From the NCBI RefSeq assembly GCF_902652985.1, contig NC_047031.1:15128001-15192000 (forward strand): DNA of 64,000 nucleotides, in the 5' to 3' direction. The notes beneath the pieces were generated by a model. That model made no database searches, was not told the DNA's origin, and saw nothing but the letters and a program-made list of their open reading frames with translations. Shown here piece after piece: positions 12,701-25,311 of this stretch. The number at the start of each line of letters is the position of its first letter. The first letter of the stretch is position 1. Made by a program: the position numbers and the translations under genes. Source of the stretch: Pecten maximus (Eukaryota).

Positions 12701-13669
12701 TGCCGACGTATTGTGTAGGAGGTATGGTCCCGCCCGTATAATCTGCGAATAACTGACGCGCAGTCTTTTCTATTTTTTTCACATCTCGCACTCTGTCGTA
12801 CGCCAGACAACGAAACAGACATAAGTTGTCGTTGAACTGCCGTCCCGAGTTCTGGTCATTTGTGAGTGAGATAATGGATCTGGATTTTTTTATATACCCG
12901 GGGAGATCTACTCGACTTCCCAACGGATAATTCATTCTAGTAACCACCCACCGGATATTCGTTACGCAGTAAACACGCCACTTAGTAGATGGTCTCTGTT
13001 TAAACATGGTCTCAATTATATCCATAGCCCGGAGTTTGTCTATGACTCGCTTCAAATCTGACATATTGCTAATAACAACGGGAGTTTCGAATACGGTCTC
13101 GTTATTATGAGCATAGAAATACCGCATGTCACCTTCAATATTGACCAAGGCAAATCCTAAAGATAGGTTTAATTTAAAGATGTTACCTTGTTCTCTAAAA
13201 ATATGTAGGAGTTGATCCTCAAGTATCTGCATTGAAAATGTTGTATTGGTTAATGAAAAATTATATTCATCTTGAATCTTACCTCGGCGATGAGGCATGT
13301 TTATTATAGGACTGAATTTGTTGATGAGTTCTTTAAAAGTTTCATCATCATGATCATCAGCATCATCATGATCGTCATCATCACCGTATTCGCTGTCTGA
13401 TCGTTTCTTTTTGTTTTGTGATCCCTCTTTTAGCTCTAAATTCCTCTCTTGGTGTCTCTCGTATATATGACTTGCCAATTCCGAGTCTGGTTCAAACTGA
13501 CTACCACAGTTTTTACAATGATGTTCAGCTCCTGTTGAGTCTGAAGAGGAACCCGCGCGAACATCTAATCTATAGTTATTATGAGTGGTACTTGTATGGG
13601 AGTCACTCGAGCTGTTTGTTTTTTTCGGGGGATTATGTATTTCCCGCCCTTGGATCTTACGCCCCCTTT
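9708..13669 (-). CDS. Protein-primed family B DNA polymerase (Polinton/adintovirus type), main exon, disrupted near the C-terminus
   Basis: ExoI YDFE, ExoII GFNSQKYD, ExoIII YNNLDV, motif A DANALY, motif B KLTGNASYG, motif C DTDS, GLFKEE, SKTY. Two zinc-finger-like motifs; VSR-like insert VDG...FEFDGCFYH...IWEC. Acceptor catgtag| at 13671-13670. Confidence 0.93.
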
Positions 13670-13849
13670 CTACATGCGTAACGCGATCAGAAAAAAAAAC
13701 AAAAACATGAATAATTTTACATAAAAACATACACCGAAAGTCCTTAATTAAAGCATCAGAGAGGTGACACATGATTATACATTCACCAAAATAAACTTAT
13801 TAAGTGATCTCTATTAATGAATGAATGGACTATCGAACAATTCGTCTAC

Positions 13850-14328
13850 CTTTGTGTGAGGATACTCTACTTCCTCTTCGTCTCCCTTCTTTTCCTGAGA
13901 CAGAGAAACGACATTTCGTTATTAAGAGCCAATTAAAACATGTATCCTGTTTATGTTTTACTATCAAATCAGATTACATTACAACGGAATAATTGCTTAC
14001 ATTTAACTTACCGGCAGCTGCTCTGACTTCATCTATTTCATCAATCATCTTCCGATAGTCTTCCATATCCTGTGAAACAAACACGATACGTTTAGTTTTC
14101 AGTAATGTATGAAAATATTATGAATGTTATAATCAATATACACGCATAGTTATCATATTATATAAGTACCTGTTTCATTTTCTCTCTCAAATCACGGCTT
14201 TTTCCCTCTAACTCGCTCCTCTTCTTTTCAAGACTATTCACTCTTCGCTTCTTCGCTTCTAAACGTCTTTCGTTGATTTCCTCCTTCTTTTCCAGTAGAA
14301 TTCTTTTGACTCTCTGTTCTTGTGCCAT
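13850..14328 (-). CDS. Three small coding leader exons (14328-14170, 14069-14012, 13894-13850), charged/coiled-coil
   Basis: ATG at 14328; GT-AG junctions; 159 nt (phase 0), 58 nt (phase 1), 45 nt (phase 1) with no stop; in frame with the pPolB exon. Confidence 0.65.
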
Positions 14329-14405
14329 TATTGTTTCAACGTTTCTTAGTTCAACGGAATTGTATATCACCTATACGCTGTGATGTCAACTTTCTACTTG
14401 TCTGT

Positions 14406-15160
14406 TCACTACTTCACCTTGTCTCAATCACGCGACTTAGTTAGTAATTCGTGTATTATAAGACAGTTACGATCACATGTCTTCACTGTTTTATAGTCAT
14501 GAAAACAATTTTTCTACTTCTATCTACAGTCACGACGGAATCTGTCTTCAAATCAATCTAGCAACACATTACAATCATAACAATAACAATTTTCTACTCT
14601 CGGGGCAGTTTTAAAATATCTATCCACTACTTCTCGCTATGTCTCAATCAAATTAATTCCGTATGCAATTCATGTATTGTAGGACAGTTCCGCTCACACG
14701 ACTTTCCTTAGCGACCAGGTTGTCTTTATTATCTACGACAGTGATCCTGTCTTTAATGTAACAACAACGATCGACATAGGAAAGCTCCATTACACGAAAT
14801 TAATGAAGCATAAAACCTGCCATGGACTATGTACAGAGTCGTGCTCTAATAAATAAAAGGTCGTTTAATAACCAAGGTATTACACAAGCTTGACCGACAC
14901 TTAATTAACTCTCGTCTTGTCTGTTTCACAGTAATCAAAACAAATCTTCTCCTTCTATCTACAGTCACGACGGAATCTGTATTCAAATCAATCTAGCATC
15001 ACATTACAATCATAACAATAACAACTTTCTACTCTCGAGGCATTTTAATGTCACGCTCTATCCATTCACTACTTCACCTTGTCTTAATCACATGACTTCC
15101 GGTAGTCATTAATGCATTAAAGGATAGTTCCGGTCACGTGACTTTCCTTAGCAACCAGTT
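14406..15160. repeat. Subterminal duplicated modules (A x3, B x2)
   Basis: cactacttc...gtct(c/t)aatca...cagttcc near 14406, 14620 and 15060; tctatctacagtcacgacggaatctg...ctactctcg at about 14497-14615 and 14931-15048. Confidence 0.7.
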
Positions 15161-15203
15161 TTAGAAATAGCGTCCGGGGCAACGGCCTCCTGTATATACT
15201 ACT
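15161..15203 (-). repeat. Polinton-type terminus (5'-AGTAGTA...)
   Basis: tgtatatactact ends at 15203; next 6 bp GACATT would be the TSD half. Polinton TIRs typically start with AGT repeats. Confidence 0.7.
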
Positions 15204-16132
15204 GACATTTTCGCACAGCATTCATGTGCAAAAGGTAAAATATTATAATATATATATACAATGTATTATGCTTATACAGTAAAATTTACAGTGGAAAAAA
15301 TGAATCATTAAATGGGAATTTGCAAAGACTGAAGTGGTGACTTTATTGAAGCACCATGAAGCATATTGAAGCATATTGCCGCAGTCATAAGTATTTGATG
15401 ATTTTATTTGTATAGGGCATTTTATTTGTTGTTATTGATGTTTATGTGTGTACATCCATTTAAAATTTAACCTCTACAGCAGAGCTGTACATGTATACAA
15501 TTGACAAACATGCAATGAGAAAGAGAATTCTGACGTTTTGTTGTGACTTCGACATTTACTCCGTTATTTTTCATCAAATTCATACGATGTGGCATCATGT
15601 CATATTTTGACATTATTTGGCGGAATTATGCCCCTTTTATTGTCCAATATCAGCAAATGGTCATTATTAAAAAACCTGCTGAAACTTGTGTGGAGTGTAC
15701 ACAGAATAATACTTCAATACACTTAATTTTAAATGATGTGTTTCTGAGCAATAATCCCCCCCCCCCCTCACCCCCCATCATTTGACATGTAACATGTACA
15801 ATTGCAAGAAAAACGTTCTTATATGTGGTCGCTGTTAATATTGTAGGTTAGTCCCTTAGTTATTGTATTTCTGTCAATTCCTTTAACATTTGGTATATGT
15901 ATCACATTAGATGTTTGCCCCTTTTCAACAGAAATTGCATTTGTGTAGACAAGAAAAGTCCTGTGCTCTGAGGCATTACTTGTTTATAAAGTAATGTCCA
16001 GTCTGTAATGTTGTTGAGTTGTAGAGTTACTGATGTACTAGAATCATTTAGTTGTTTGAATTACTATGAAATGTGGTAATTAAATACATTTATTTTTACA
16101 ATAAAAATAAATTGTTATATCCTTTTCTCTGC

Positions 16133-16800
16133 AGCAGAAGAACAAACAGCTTCCACCAGTACCAGCAGTGCCAGTGTCGGTACTGAAGAAGGTATGTTTT
16201 GGACACGTCCTGCCATATTGCTTTTGATAGAAGAGTACAAGCAACGTATGGATTTAATGAACACTAGGCGGTTAAGAAAGAAAGCTGTTTGGATGCAAAT
16301 AAGCAAACTATTACAGGAAAAGGGGTATAACATTACAAGTAGTCAGTGTGAGTGAGGATGGAAGACCCTGTTGAGGGGATTGAAAAGTGTACATGATCAT
16401 AACCAAAAGTCCGGGAATAATCCAAAACAACAACCTTATGAGTCAGAATTAGTTTTCATGTCTGAAAAGCCTAATGTTTCACAATTATATGTTGTATCAT
16501 CTGAAAGCATTCCCCGGAAAGCCAACACAGCAGTTGAACATACGCATACGGCCAGTTTAATCGAAAATGATTCGGATTCTGACTCGGCCAAAAGTGAAAA
16601 TGTAGCTGTAACTCCTAAAAGTAGCAAAACAGAAAATGAGCCAAAACCAAAACGAAAAAGGCCAAATGAAGTTGTTGAAGTGTTGAAACATTTTATAGTA
16701 ACACAACAAAAGAGACATTTAGATGAGTGTGAGAGAAGAGAACAAATGCATAGAGAGAGAATGGAAATTTTGGTGGCTTTTTAGGATTACTTAAGAATGC
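16133..16800 (+). pseudogene. Myb/SANT-like (trihelix) protein of PIF/Harbinger accessory type, premature stop
   Basis: MFWTRPAILLLIEEYK...VWMQISKLLQEKGYNITSSQCE*GWKTL...HNQKSGN, then an acidic linker and coiled-coil tail. Confidence 0.7.
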
Positions 16801-17277
16801 TAATAATGCTGACAAGAAATAAATGACAGGATATGCATTTATCTTATGACCTACATATGATAAATAAGGCATGTGTTGTTGCCAGAAAACTTATTGTCTT
16901 ACCACCATCTTAATTTGGCCTGTTAAATTTACTTTACTGTATAAGGAATCAAACATATTTGGTCAAATTGTGAAGCAAAAAATAACCTAAATCTGGTTGT
17001 CATTTTTTCTTGATTAAAGTTTTCCGTATGTGTGTGCAATTTGGCCAAACTGCATTTGACCTTTTCTTGCTTTACACCTGCAGATCAATGCCATCGCTAT
17101 CTTGTCAGGTTTTATTCAATTGATTCATTCTAGAAAATTTTAGAAAATTTAAGCCATTTTGAAAAATGTTTTAGGTATCTGTACAACAGGTTTCATTGTA
17201 ATTCATATATACCTTAATGTACATGTAGTTCTTACAAGAAGTATGTATGTTACTCACTACATATCTTATTTTACAGA

Positions 17278-17440
17278 TAATGATTGCTGCAAGATATGTA
17301 TGGAAGATGAAAAGAAAGTAGAATGTGCTTTTGTAAACTGTGGCCACATGCTGGCTTGTTTATCCTGTGCTAATGTACTAACATCATGTCCTGTGTGCAG
17401 ATGTCCAATCAAGCAAATATTAAAACTCTACAACCCTTGA
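17278..17440 (+). CDS. Isolated terminal exon encoding an IAP/MDM2-type RING finger
   Basis: tttacag| acceptor; CKICMED...AFVNCGHMLACLSCANVLTSCPVCRCPI...LYNP*. Confidence 0.65.
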
Positions 17441-19835
17441 AGTTTTAATTTGACAAAAAGGCACTGGTGAAGCTTTTGACCAGTTGTACAAATGTGATCA
17501 TCATTAACAGGCAATGGTCAATAACCTCCATGCATCTTCACTTGTCAAAACTGGCTGCTTAACCTGTGTCTTAAATATACTTTACACGAAAACGAAAACA
17601 CTTGTGATTCCTTGGATTTTGTTAAGATTTTGATTAGACACAGGCTAAGGAGCCATTTTTGACATGGAATTTAAAAGATGACAATATTTGATATATGTGC
17701 TTGTAGCTCAAAGGCACTAGTCTGGCACAAATTTATATCCAGATCAGATTTTTTCATAGAGTCAGTGTCCTTGTTCTAACTTTTAAATTGTTTGGGTCAA
17801 AATTAAAACAAAAACACACCGGAGTAGGCTAATACATAATACCTTTATTAGAATTTATCAACAGTGAACTAGGCATGTGAGACATTGTTTTCTCATTCAA
17901 CAAAACTATCCTTTTGTATAGAATAGCACCCCGTAATAATGATATTATACACAATAGCCTGATGCTAACAAACCGTTTGAGATCTACGTTTTTCAAAGCT
18001 AGCCAGCCTAGTTTTCATTCAATTTCGTTATGATAAATCTCCCATGAAATAATCCTATTTTGGCTATTACATGTGAAATATCCATGAAATCATGGGGGAT
18101 TTCACATGCAATATCCAAAAAAGGATGATTTCATGAGGGATTTCACATGAAATAGCTAAAATATGATTATTTCATAGGATATTTCACATGTAATAGCCAA
18201 AATTGGTTGATTTCAAATGTAATGTCTATAATAGGATGATTTCTTGAGAGATTTCATTTGTGATATAACAAGAGGCCCAATGGGCCTGTATCGCTCACCT
18301 GGCACTACAGCAACTTTGAAGTTGATTTAGGTTATTTCTGCAGATACTATGCTGATAACCACTTGATTCAAATATTGATAACCACTTTATTCAAATATTA
18401 GTGAGGCTAAGTTTCTTCCTGTCAATAAATTTTCTAGTTCTTCATTCCAGTACACAACTGGCCTAATATCGGGTCTCAAAATCGGCCGGTACCCGGTACT
18501 TTTTACCGGCTGAAATTGGGCTTGGTACCGGCTAAAATCGGAAGTTCAACAATACATATAATTTAATAATATCAACAAAACAAAGATAATCAGTTTACCA
18601 ATCGACAAGAGCAGATCGGAACAGCGATCGGAACACACACAGTCCTGCTTTCGTTTCTACTTTCATTTCGTATGCTCAAGATCAATACCGCGCTTGAAAT
18701 TAAGGCACATGTAAACGCGATCGAAACAAACACCAAATTGACACGGATCGATCGAGAAAAATGGAGCCAAGCACAAAGAAAAAAAAAGAGTTTTGACTTC
18801 TTTAGGCCTACTGCGTCCTCGGCCAGAGATGCAGGTGATTAGAGCAAAACATTCGGTTCTTTTAGAATAACTGACGCTTCTGTTTTGCTGGTACAGTTTA
18901 TAGTTTTACTTCGTAGCAACATTCGTCAGAAAACGTGTCTTTATTGAAACAAGACACATCGGACACGCATGCTTTCTAGATTAAACTGATGTGTTTAATC
19001 GACAAATAGTTCAATAACCCAATGTCTAATTTGTCTATATACATATATATTTATGTATAAGTCAGAGCGGCAGTTACAGCGAGCCATATACGAACATCTG
19101 TATCCTGAATGCTCTATACTATATAAAGTATATACGAAAGATCACTCGTGATTAGGCCTAGTACCGGTGGATTTAAGTCGTCATTGTAAATCAAGATCAA
19201 GTGCAAGGCTTTCATTTATTATGATTTTGTATCATTTCACAAATATCATAAGAATTAATTTCTCACAACAAAAAAATATGTGAATTCCCATGCAGTAGTA
19301 TTGACAAATAAGAATCTAATAAATGGTGTTGAAAATTGATCTACCTTTTAACTTGTTGTTTTAAAAATGTCATACATATCTGTCAACATATTTTAATTTT
19401 GTAGAGTCTCGCTTAATTTCAGAATTACTTCAATTGATCATTTTTTGTTTTTTAATTAGGATATTCAAATTTTACATTCACCAGTCAACCAAAACTGTGA
19501 TTGAAATGTCTTTAAGAAGACAAATTACCTTACTTTATAATTTGAGTCTTTACTAAATCATTCCAGTGCAAAAAGATATAAGTTGACAGGTATGCATTAT
19601 TTTCAATTTTTAACACTTGTTGGTTAGTTACAGCGTTGGTTGATGATCTTATTCACATGTTGTACAGACAGGCAGGCTACCTTCAACCCTGCTTAGTCTA
19701 TTAAGTTTTGGATGATCCACCAAGGTAATTTGAAATACAGTATTGTACTCATGTAAACTCTTCAAATATTTTTCTATCAAATTAATATCATTACATATTG
19801 AAAAGGAAAGGTAATTTTAAAATACTGTGAAAACG

Positions 19836-20372
19836 AACAAGAGGCCCATGGGCCTTAACGGTCACCTGAGATTTGAATTATTTCAGTTTATTTAATTGAC
19901 CCTTTTTGCCCCCCCCCCCCCCCTCCCCTCAGCCCCTAGGGTCAGTCAGGGCCAACATATGCATATTAAAAAATGTGATTTACCTATATAAACTATAGTA
20001 ACATGTCAATGGTGACAATGTTTACAAAATTAGAATGAATTCCAATAGAAATAAAAGTCAAAAATGTTATTTCCCTATATAAACTTTAGTAAAGTTTAGC
20101 CCCACCCCAGGGGCAAACTTGAGACCCCAGGGTCCTGAAATTCACAATTTTGGTAAAGAACCTTCAAACCAAGCCATCTATGAAGTGTATTTGATTCCAG
20201 CATATCTGAGAGTAGAGAAGATTTTTGAAGTTTTAGTCAATTTGGCCCTTTTTAGCCCCGCCCATCAGCCCCTGGGGGTCAGTCAGGGCCAACATGTGCA
20301 TGCCATCAAACTGTCATCCCATGCTGACAATGTTTACAAAATTAGAATGAATCCCAATAGAAATAAAATAAC
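19836..20372 (-). repeat. HINE/MITE fragment with degenerate tandem units (similar end at about 18267)
   Basis: aacaagaggcccatgggcct hairpin end plus subTIR ggtcacctgag; repeated cagcccctgggggtcagtcagggccaacat. Confidence 0.6.
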
Positions 20373-21006
20373 ATGATGGGACACTGTTCCGTGTATACAA
20401 TATTCTCGGCTCTTGTATTAAAAAAACGGAGTCACGTTTTGACAATTTTGTGTGTATCTGCGTTCTGTTCAGGTGGAGTTTTAAAAAGTTTCAAAAGGAT
20501 ATGTATGCTGTGTTCTGTTCGTGTGTATTTTAAAAAAAATTCAAAGGATGTACATATTCGGTGTTCTGAGCAAGGAGGATTTAAAAAACCAATTCTAAGG
20601 ATATATATCTTTCAACTAAGTAAGTTTTTTAATCTGTAATTATTGTATATGTAAAGTATCATCAATTTTTTTATGTTTTTTTTTTGTAATTGTATCATAT
20701 TTTGTAAAAAAAAAAAAAAAAAAAGGTGGAAAAAAGAATGCATTTAATAATAACACCACCATTTCTTGATGTTTACTAGACGGTGCACGTACGATTGACT
20801 GTCACTTTGTCTGCATTCATTGAAGTGGTGTCTGTTGATTACGTCCTACCACCGACAACGAAACAAATAACATATGATCAATGACGTAAGAAAAACACAG
20901 TAAAGACAAAGTCAAATGAAAGAGGGTAACTTCAATGAGGTGTTACAATGATTGAAAAAACAAGTATATATACATTGATGATAACAATATCAGAAAATAT
21001 TGAATT

Positions 21007-21936
21007 TCAGTCACATACGTCTATCCTATTTGGATTGCATTCAAAGCATTGAAGTGCGCCCTCTTGATTTTGGTGGTCACTGCCCATTTCACAGAACTCA
21101 ACGTTGTCTAGAATGTCTCCGATATATTCATTCATAATGGTCATACAATCTTTCAGTTTCTCCCACTGCTCAAAGGACAGAGCAACACCTGCACGTGTAG
21201 GTTTCAACTCCCTTGTTTTGGCGTCCGGCATGAACCAACGCCGGATATGCACTTGAGCAAACCCAGTCGATAGTGATACATAATTGTTCCCACCTAGATG
21301 AATCTTGAGATCCACCCCGTTGCCTTCACGGTATTTCACAAGGGCCTGATCTACATCTTCAGCGTACCAAATTTGTAATTTTTTCCACTGTTGAGGGCTG
21401 AGTGCAACGCCTTTTTTAGTAGGATACAAGGTACCCTTTTCACTTGTATCGTATAGTCTGATATGAATCAGCGTTCTGCCTCGAAACTCATTGGCAACAA
21501 CGAAACAGTCATTGCCTATGTCCAGTTTGCAATAATCCCCATTAGGACGCCTTGTGTCAATCAGAGTTTCGTCAAGATCAAAGGCGGCAACAGGGTCTTG
21601 TTTTTTCCCCTCCTCATCAATCATCAACCGATTACATTCGTCTCTATCATATCTTGTTTCCATGCTTTCTGAGCGTACCACTCTAGTTGACATTGCTGTG
21701 TTGTGATCCTTCTCTTCTGAGAAAATATGGCGATATGATGGAAGGTTCCAACTTTTATACACATCAGAACAATACAAGGGGTTATACATTCTGGGGGCTA
21801 AACATCCCTGGGGGCTAAACATCCCTGGGGGGGCTATACATACCTACATGCTGCTTTCGTCATCCATATCTTCTTCTTCCTCCTCTTCAATAATTTCAGT
21901 GAGGACCGTCAGTAGTTGTACTGCCTTGGTCGCCAT
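21007..21936 (-). CDS. Double-PC4-domain protein with Cys/His tail; 5' part disrupted
   Basis: FVVANEFRGRTLIHIRLY...PTKKGVALSPQQW and YVSLSTGFAQVHIRRWF...PTRAGVALSFEQW; C-terminal C..HQNQ.G...CFECNP. An upstream ATG at 21936 is separated by a stop and 17-bp tandem repeats. Confidence 0.8.
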
Positions 21937-22146
21937 ATTGAAATTCTTATTTCAGAAGGACTGTGATCGATTTGGAATTCTACCATGTTTGCTATGCAAT
22001 GCCAGTTTTGATTGGTTTAAAACCATGTATTATTTTCCAATAACCCACGCTCGTGCCTATAATACACGGTCGTGAGTCACGGCCGTTACAATTTTATATA
22101 TCTAATATTCACCCCTTTTACAAAAGGTTACTATACAAAAGGTTAC

Positions 22147-22230
22147 TATAGCCGAGTGGGCTAATGGGTTAGTCTTTCAATTTATTTTTATCACGACGCG
22201 AGTTCGAATCCTACGGAGGCCCCTCTTTTT
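22147..22230 (+). ncRNA. tRNA-like Pol III unit (not a canonical tRNA)
   Basis: A box TAGCCGAGTGG 22149-22159, B box GAGTTCGAATCC 22200-22211, T-run after 22225; acceptor stem not convincing. Confidence 0.4.
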
Positions 22231-22335
22231 CTTTTCTCCTTTTTTTTTAAATTTCAAAATCAATGCCATATAATTGATGCTTTTGATCGTAGTACTGTAT
22301 TGCCTGTATATTTCATCAACAAATAATGCAATACT

Positions 22336-22480
22336 TTTGTTTGTTTGTTTATGTTTTACAGCCCATCGACAACTAGGGTCATTTAGGGCCAAACAATATT
22401 CTAACATGTTTTATTTTTAAAGTTAAAATCAGATAAAATTTGTCCTTTTTAAAAGCATCCGTATTGTATATTTAGATCAT
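22336..22480 (-). mobile_element. 3' UTR fragment of the I-group LINE
   Basis: Reverse complement of 56030-56170 (gccctaaatgaccctagttgtcgatggg...aaacaaacaaa). Confidence 0.75.
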
Positions 22481-23217
22481 TGATCAGAGAGAAGAGAAAA
22501 GAAAGATCATGCAATGGGGGCAGCAGGTACAATTCTTACGCCCTACCTGCAGGGCAGATTAGAAAGAGGTCGATCTCAGAACTAAACAGTACATGGTAGA
22601 ATAGAAATAATCAACTTTGACTCGTGTATTGTTGTAGGATATCTTCGTCCTCGTTGTATATCCTGCAACAATACACGAATCATCGTTAATTATTTCTTAA
22701 GTAACATCCGGAGTGAAATGTGAGATTTACTTAATTGACTGTATAAACATTTCAAGGGTGGTAACTACATTTCGTCAAACTTATCGCTACAGTCGACGTA
22801 TTCGTATGGATAAACACCCTTTCTGAGCAATATTTCAGCTTCCGGTCTGTCATATTCATTTGCAAAATATTTGAATTTAGTCAACCCTTCTTTTGCAAGG
22901 TTTTCGGTAAGACATTCCAAGCTTTGAGACATGAATTGAAAGGAGTCGATGAAGCGTAGTGTTGTGTATTTGAATAGCCAGTTAGCCACGCTAATTATAT
23001 AAATAGTCCATTCCGGATCTACGGTTATTATGTTATACACGCCTCGCGTATGAATACGCACTGTTTGATTAATAAAAGTAGTTCGACAATATGGACTCCA
23101 CGTGTTGTGTTGATTATGAGAGCCAGACAGTTTCCTTCTTGGATTCCTCTTATTAATAATCCCCCTGGGAACATAACACAAATTGGCGACGAGGAACAAA
23201 CGAACCTGCAAAACACA

Positions 23218-23784
23218 ATGGCTAAAGGAGGCGTTGGAAAGGTCGGTATTTTTGATGAATCGATCGAAAGTTGGGAGTCATACACCGAACGGGTCGAGGT
23301 GTGTTTTATTGCAAATGGCGTCAAACCAGAAATCAAAGTGGCCTCGCTGCTTAGTTTGATTGGTCCTAAAACGTATGGGTTGCTGAAGAATCTACTGGCC
23401 CCAGCTAAACCATTAGATACGGGATACGATGATATTATAGCCCTGCTAGATAAACATTTAAATCCCAAACCATCCGAGATAGCGGAGAGGTTTCGCTTTC
23501 ATAAGAGAGAACAGCGCCCTGGTGAAGATGTTATGACTTATGTAGCAGAATTACGCAAGTTATCAATTCATTGTAATTTTGGAGATACCCTCCAGATCAC
23601 AATAAGGGATCGCCTAGTTTGTGGTTTACGCCAGGAAGCTATTCAACGTAAACTTCTAGCTGAAACGACACTAACATTAGACACTGCTATTCAGACTTCG
23701 GTTGCCATGGAAACGGCAGGGAAGGACGCAGTTGAACTCCAACGATCACATAATGACAAAGCATTTTTGCCATACCAGCCATGA
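23218..23784 (+). pseudogene. gag: Gag N-terminal/capsid part, truncated
   Basis: WESYTERV, AERFRFHKREQRPGE..YVAELRKL..HCNFG...IRDRLVCGL; no zinc knuckle follows. Confidence 0.85.
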
Positions 23785-25311
23785 CAGCTGCCAGGCTTCA
23801 ACGATATGCTGTGTTTTTGTCGGAACATTCCTATGATATCGAGTACAAAAACACTACAAAGCATTGTAACGCGGACGCGCTTTCGCGGCTTCCATTGAAA
23901 GGTAGTTCAGACGGAGCTACGGACCCTGTGGACCTTTTCTACACTGCACAGATCGAAACACTACCTGTAACTAGTGCACAAATTCGTCATGAGACATCTC
24001 GAGATTCCACGTTATCTCGAGTGTACGACATGTTAATGTTGGGAACATTGAAGAAAACAGATGACCCTGATATCATACCTTACATAAATCGACAGGATGA
24101 ACTTTCCGTACATCAAGGTTGTATAGTATGGGGTAACCGTGTAATAATACCAAGTGGCCTACAGGAAAGAGTTCTTACAGAACTACACGATGGACATCCA
24201 GGAGTGGTCCGGATGAAATCTGTTGCGAGATCCTATGTTTGGTGGCCAAACATTGATAAACAAATTGAACAGTTGTGTAGTTCATGTCTAGGATGTCAAC
24301 GATCGGGACACATGCCGAAATCTGCACCAGTACACCCTTGGGAGTGGCCTTCCAACCCATGGCAACGGATACATGTTGATTTCGCAGGGCCTTTCATGAA
24401 CTTCATGTTTTTAATAGTTATTGATGCGCATTCCAAATGGCCTGAGGTATTCACCATGAGATCCACTACAACCACGCTCACCATCGAGTTACTACGCAAT
24501 TTATTTGCTCGTCATGGTATTCCTGAGCAATTAGTCTCAGATAACGGACCTCAGTTAATTTATGAAGCAGAATGGTATTCGACATAGTACATCATCACCA
24601 TATCATCCGCGTACGAACGGACAAGCGGAACGTTTCGTCCAAACCTTCAAACAAGCCATGAAAAACGCAAAGGATGAAAAACGTACATTACAGCAAAAAA
24701 TGAGTGTATTTCTATGCAAGTACAGATCAACACCACATGCTATGACGAATGAGACACCCGCTAAGTTGCTCTTAGGCCGAAATATAAGGACACGGCTCGA
24801 CATTATGAAACTCGATTTGTCAGCTAGGGTATCATACGGACAAGACCGCATGAAATTGTCGCGTCACACAGGAGAAACTGTCCGACAGTTTTCTAAAGGC
24901 CAAAGTGTGATGGTACGCGATTATCGTTCGTCAGACAGGAAGTGGATTCCTGCATCTATCCACACCAAAACAGGACCTCTGTCCTACACTATTGACACTG
25001 GAACAGGAACTCTATGGAGACGTCATACAGACCAGCTTCGTGCTTGTACTGTAAAACCATCAGAGACGGATGTCACTACAATAAACTTACCGGAACCGGA
25101 AGTCGGTCCTATTACACCGGAAGTATCATCGACTCATCAGTCATCTGATAAAGCAACTATTTCTGACGGGAAGGAGGAAGTGGTACCTGTGATGCCTACA
25201 CATAAGCAAAAACAGACAATCATTTCCAAATCATCCCCATGTGTAAGTGTTGCTCCACGACGCTATCCAAAGAGAGAACATTCACGAGCTCCAGTGAAAT
25301 TGAACCTTTAA
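23781..25311 (+). pseudogene. pol: RNase H tail plus integrase, frameshifted near 24560
   Basis: ARLQRYA...NADALSRLP; HHCC (LHDGHPG...CSSCLGC); HVDFAGPF, SDNGPQ, then next frame SPYHPRTNGQAERFVQTFK. Confidence 0.9.

Larger units (their letters stand above)
4409..15203 (-). mobile_element. Polinton/Maverick (adintovirus)-like element arm; left boundary not found
   Basis: pPolB gene plus terminus AGTAGTATATACAGG on the minus strand at 15203. No partner TIR seen in the window. Confidence 0.75.

Noticed and set aside
9953-13681. Short overlapping ORFs within pPolB
   Set aside because: Antisense or alternate-frame shadows of a long coding sequence.
13670-13772. ATG at 13772 as the pPolB start
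   Set aside because: The first 34 codons look like intron and polypyrimidine tract (VFVFFS); a spliced leader fits better.
18470-18840. Possible hAT-like 5' end with start MEPSTKKKK
   Set aside because: No matching right end or transposase found; too weak to call.
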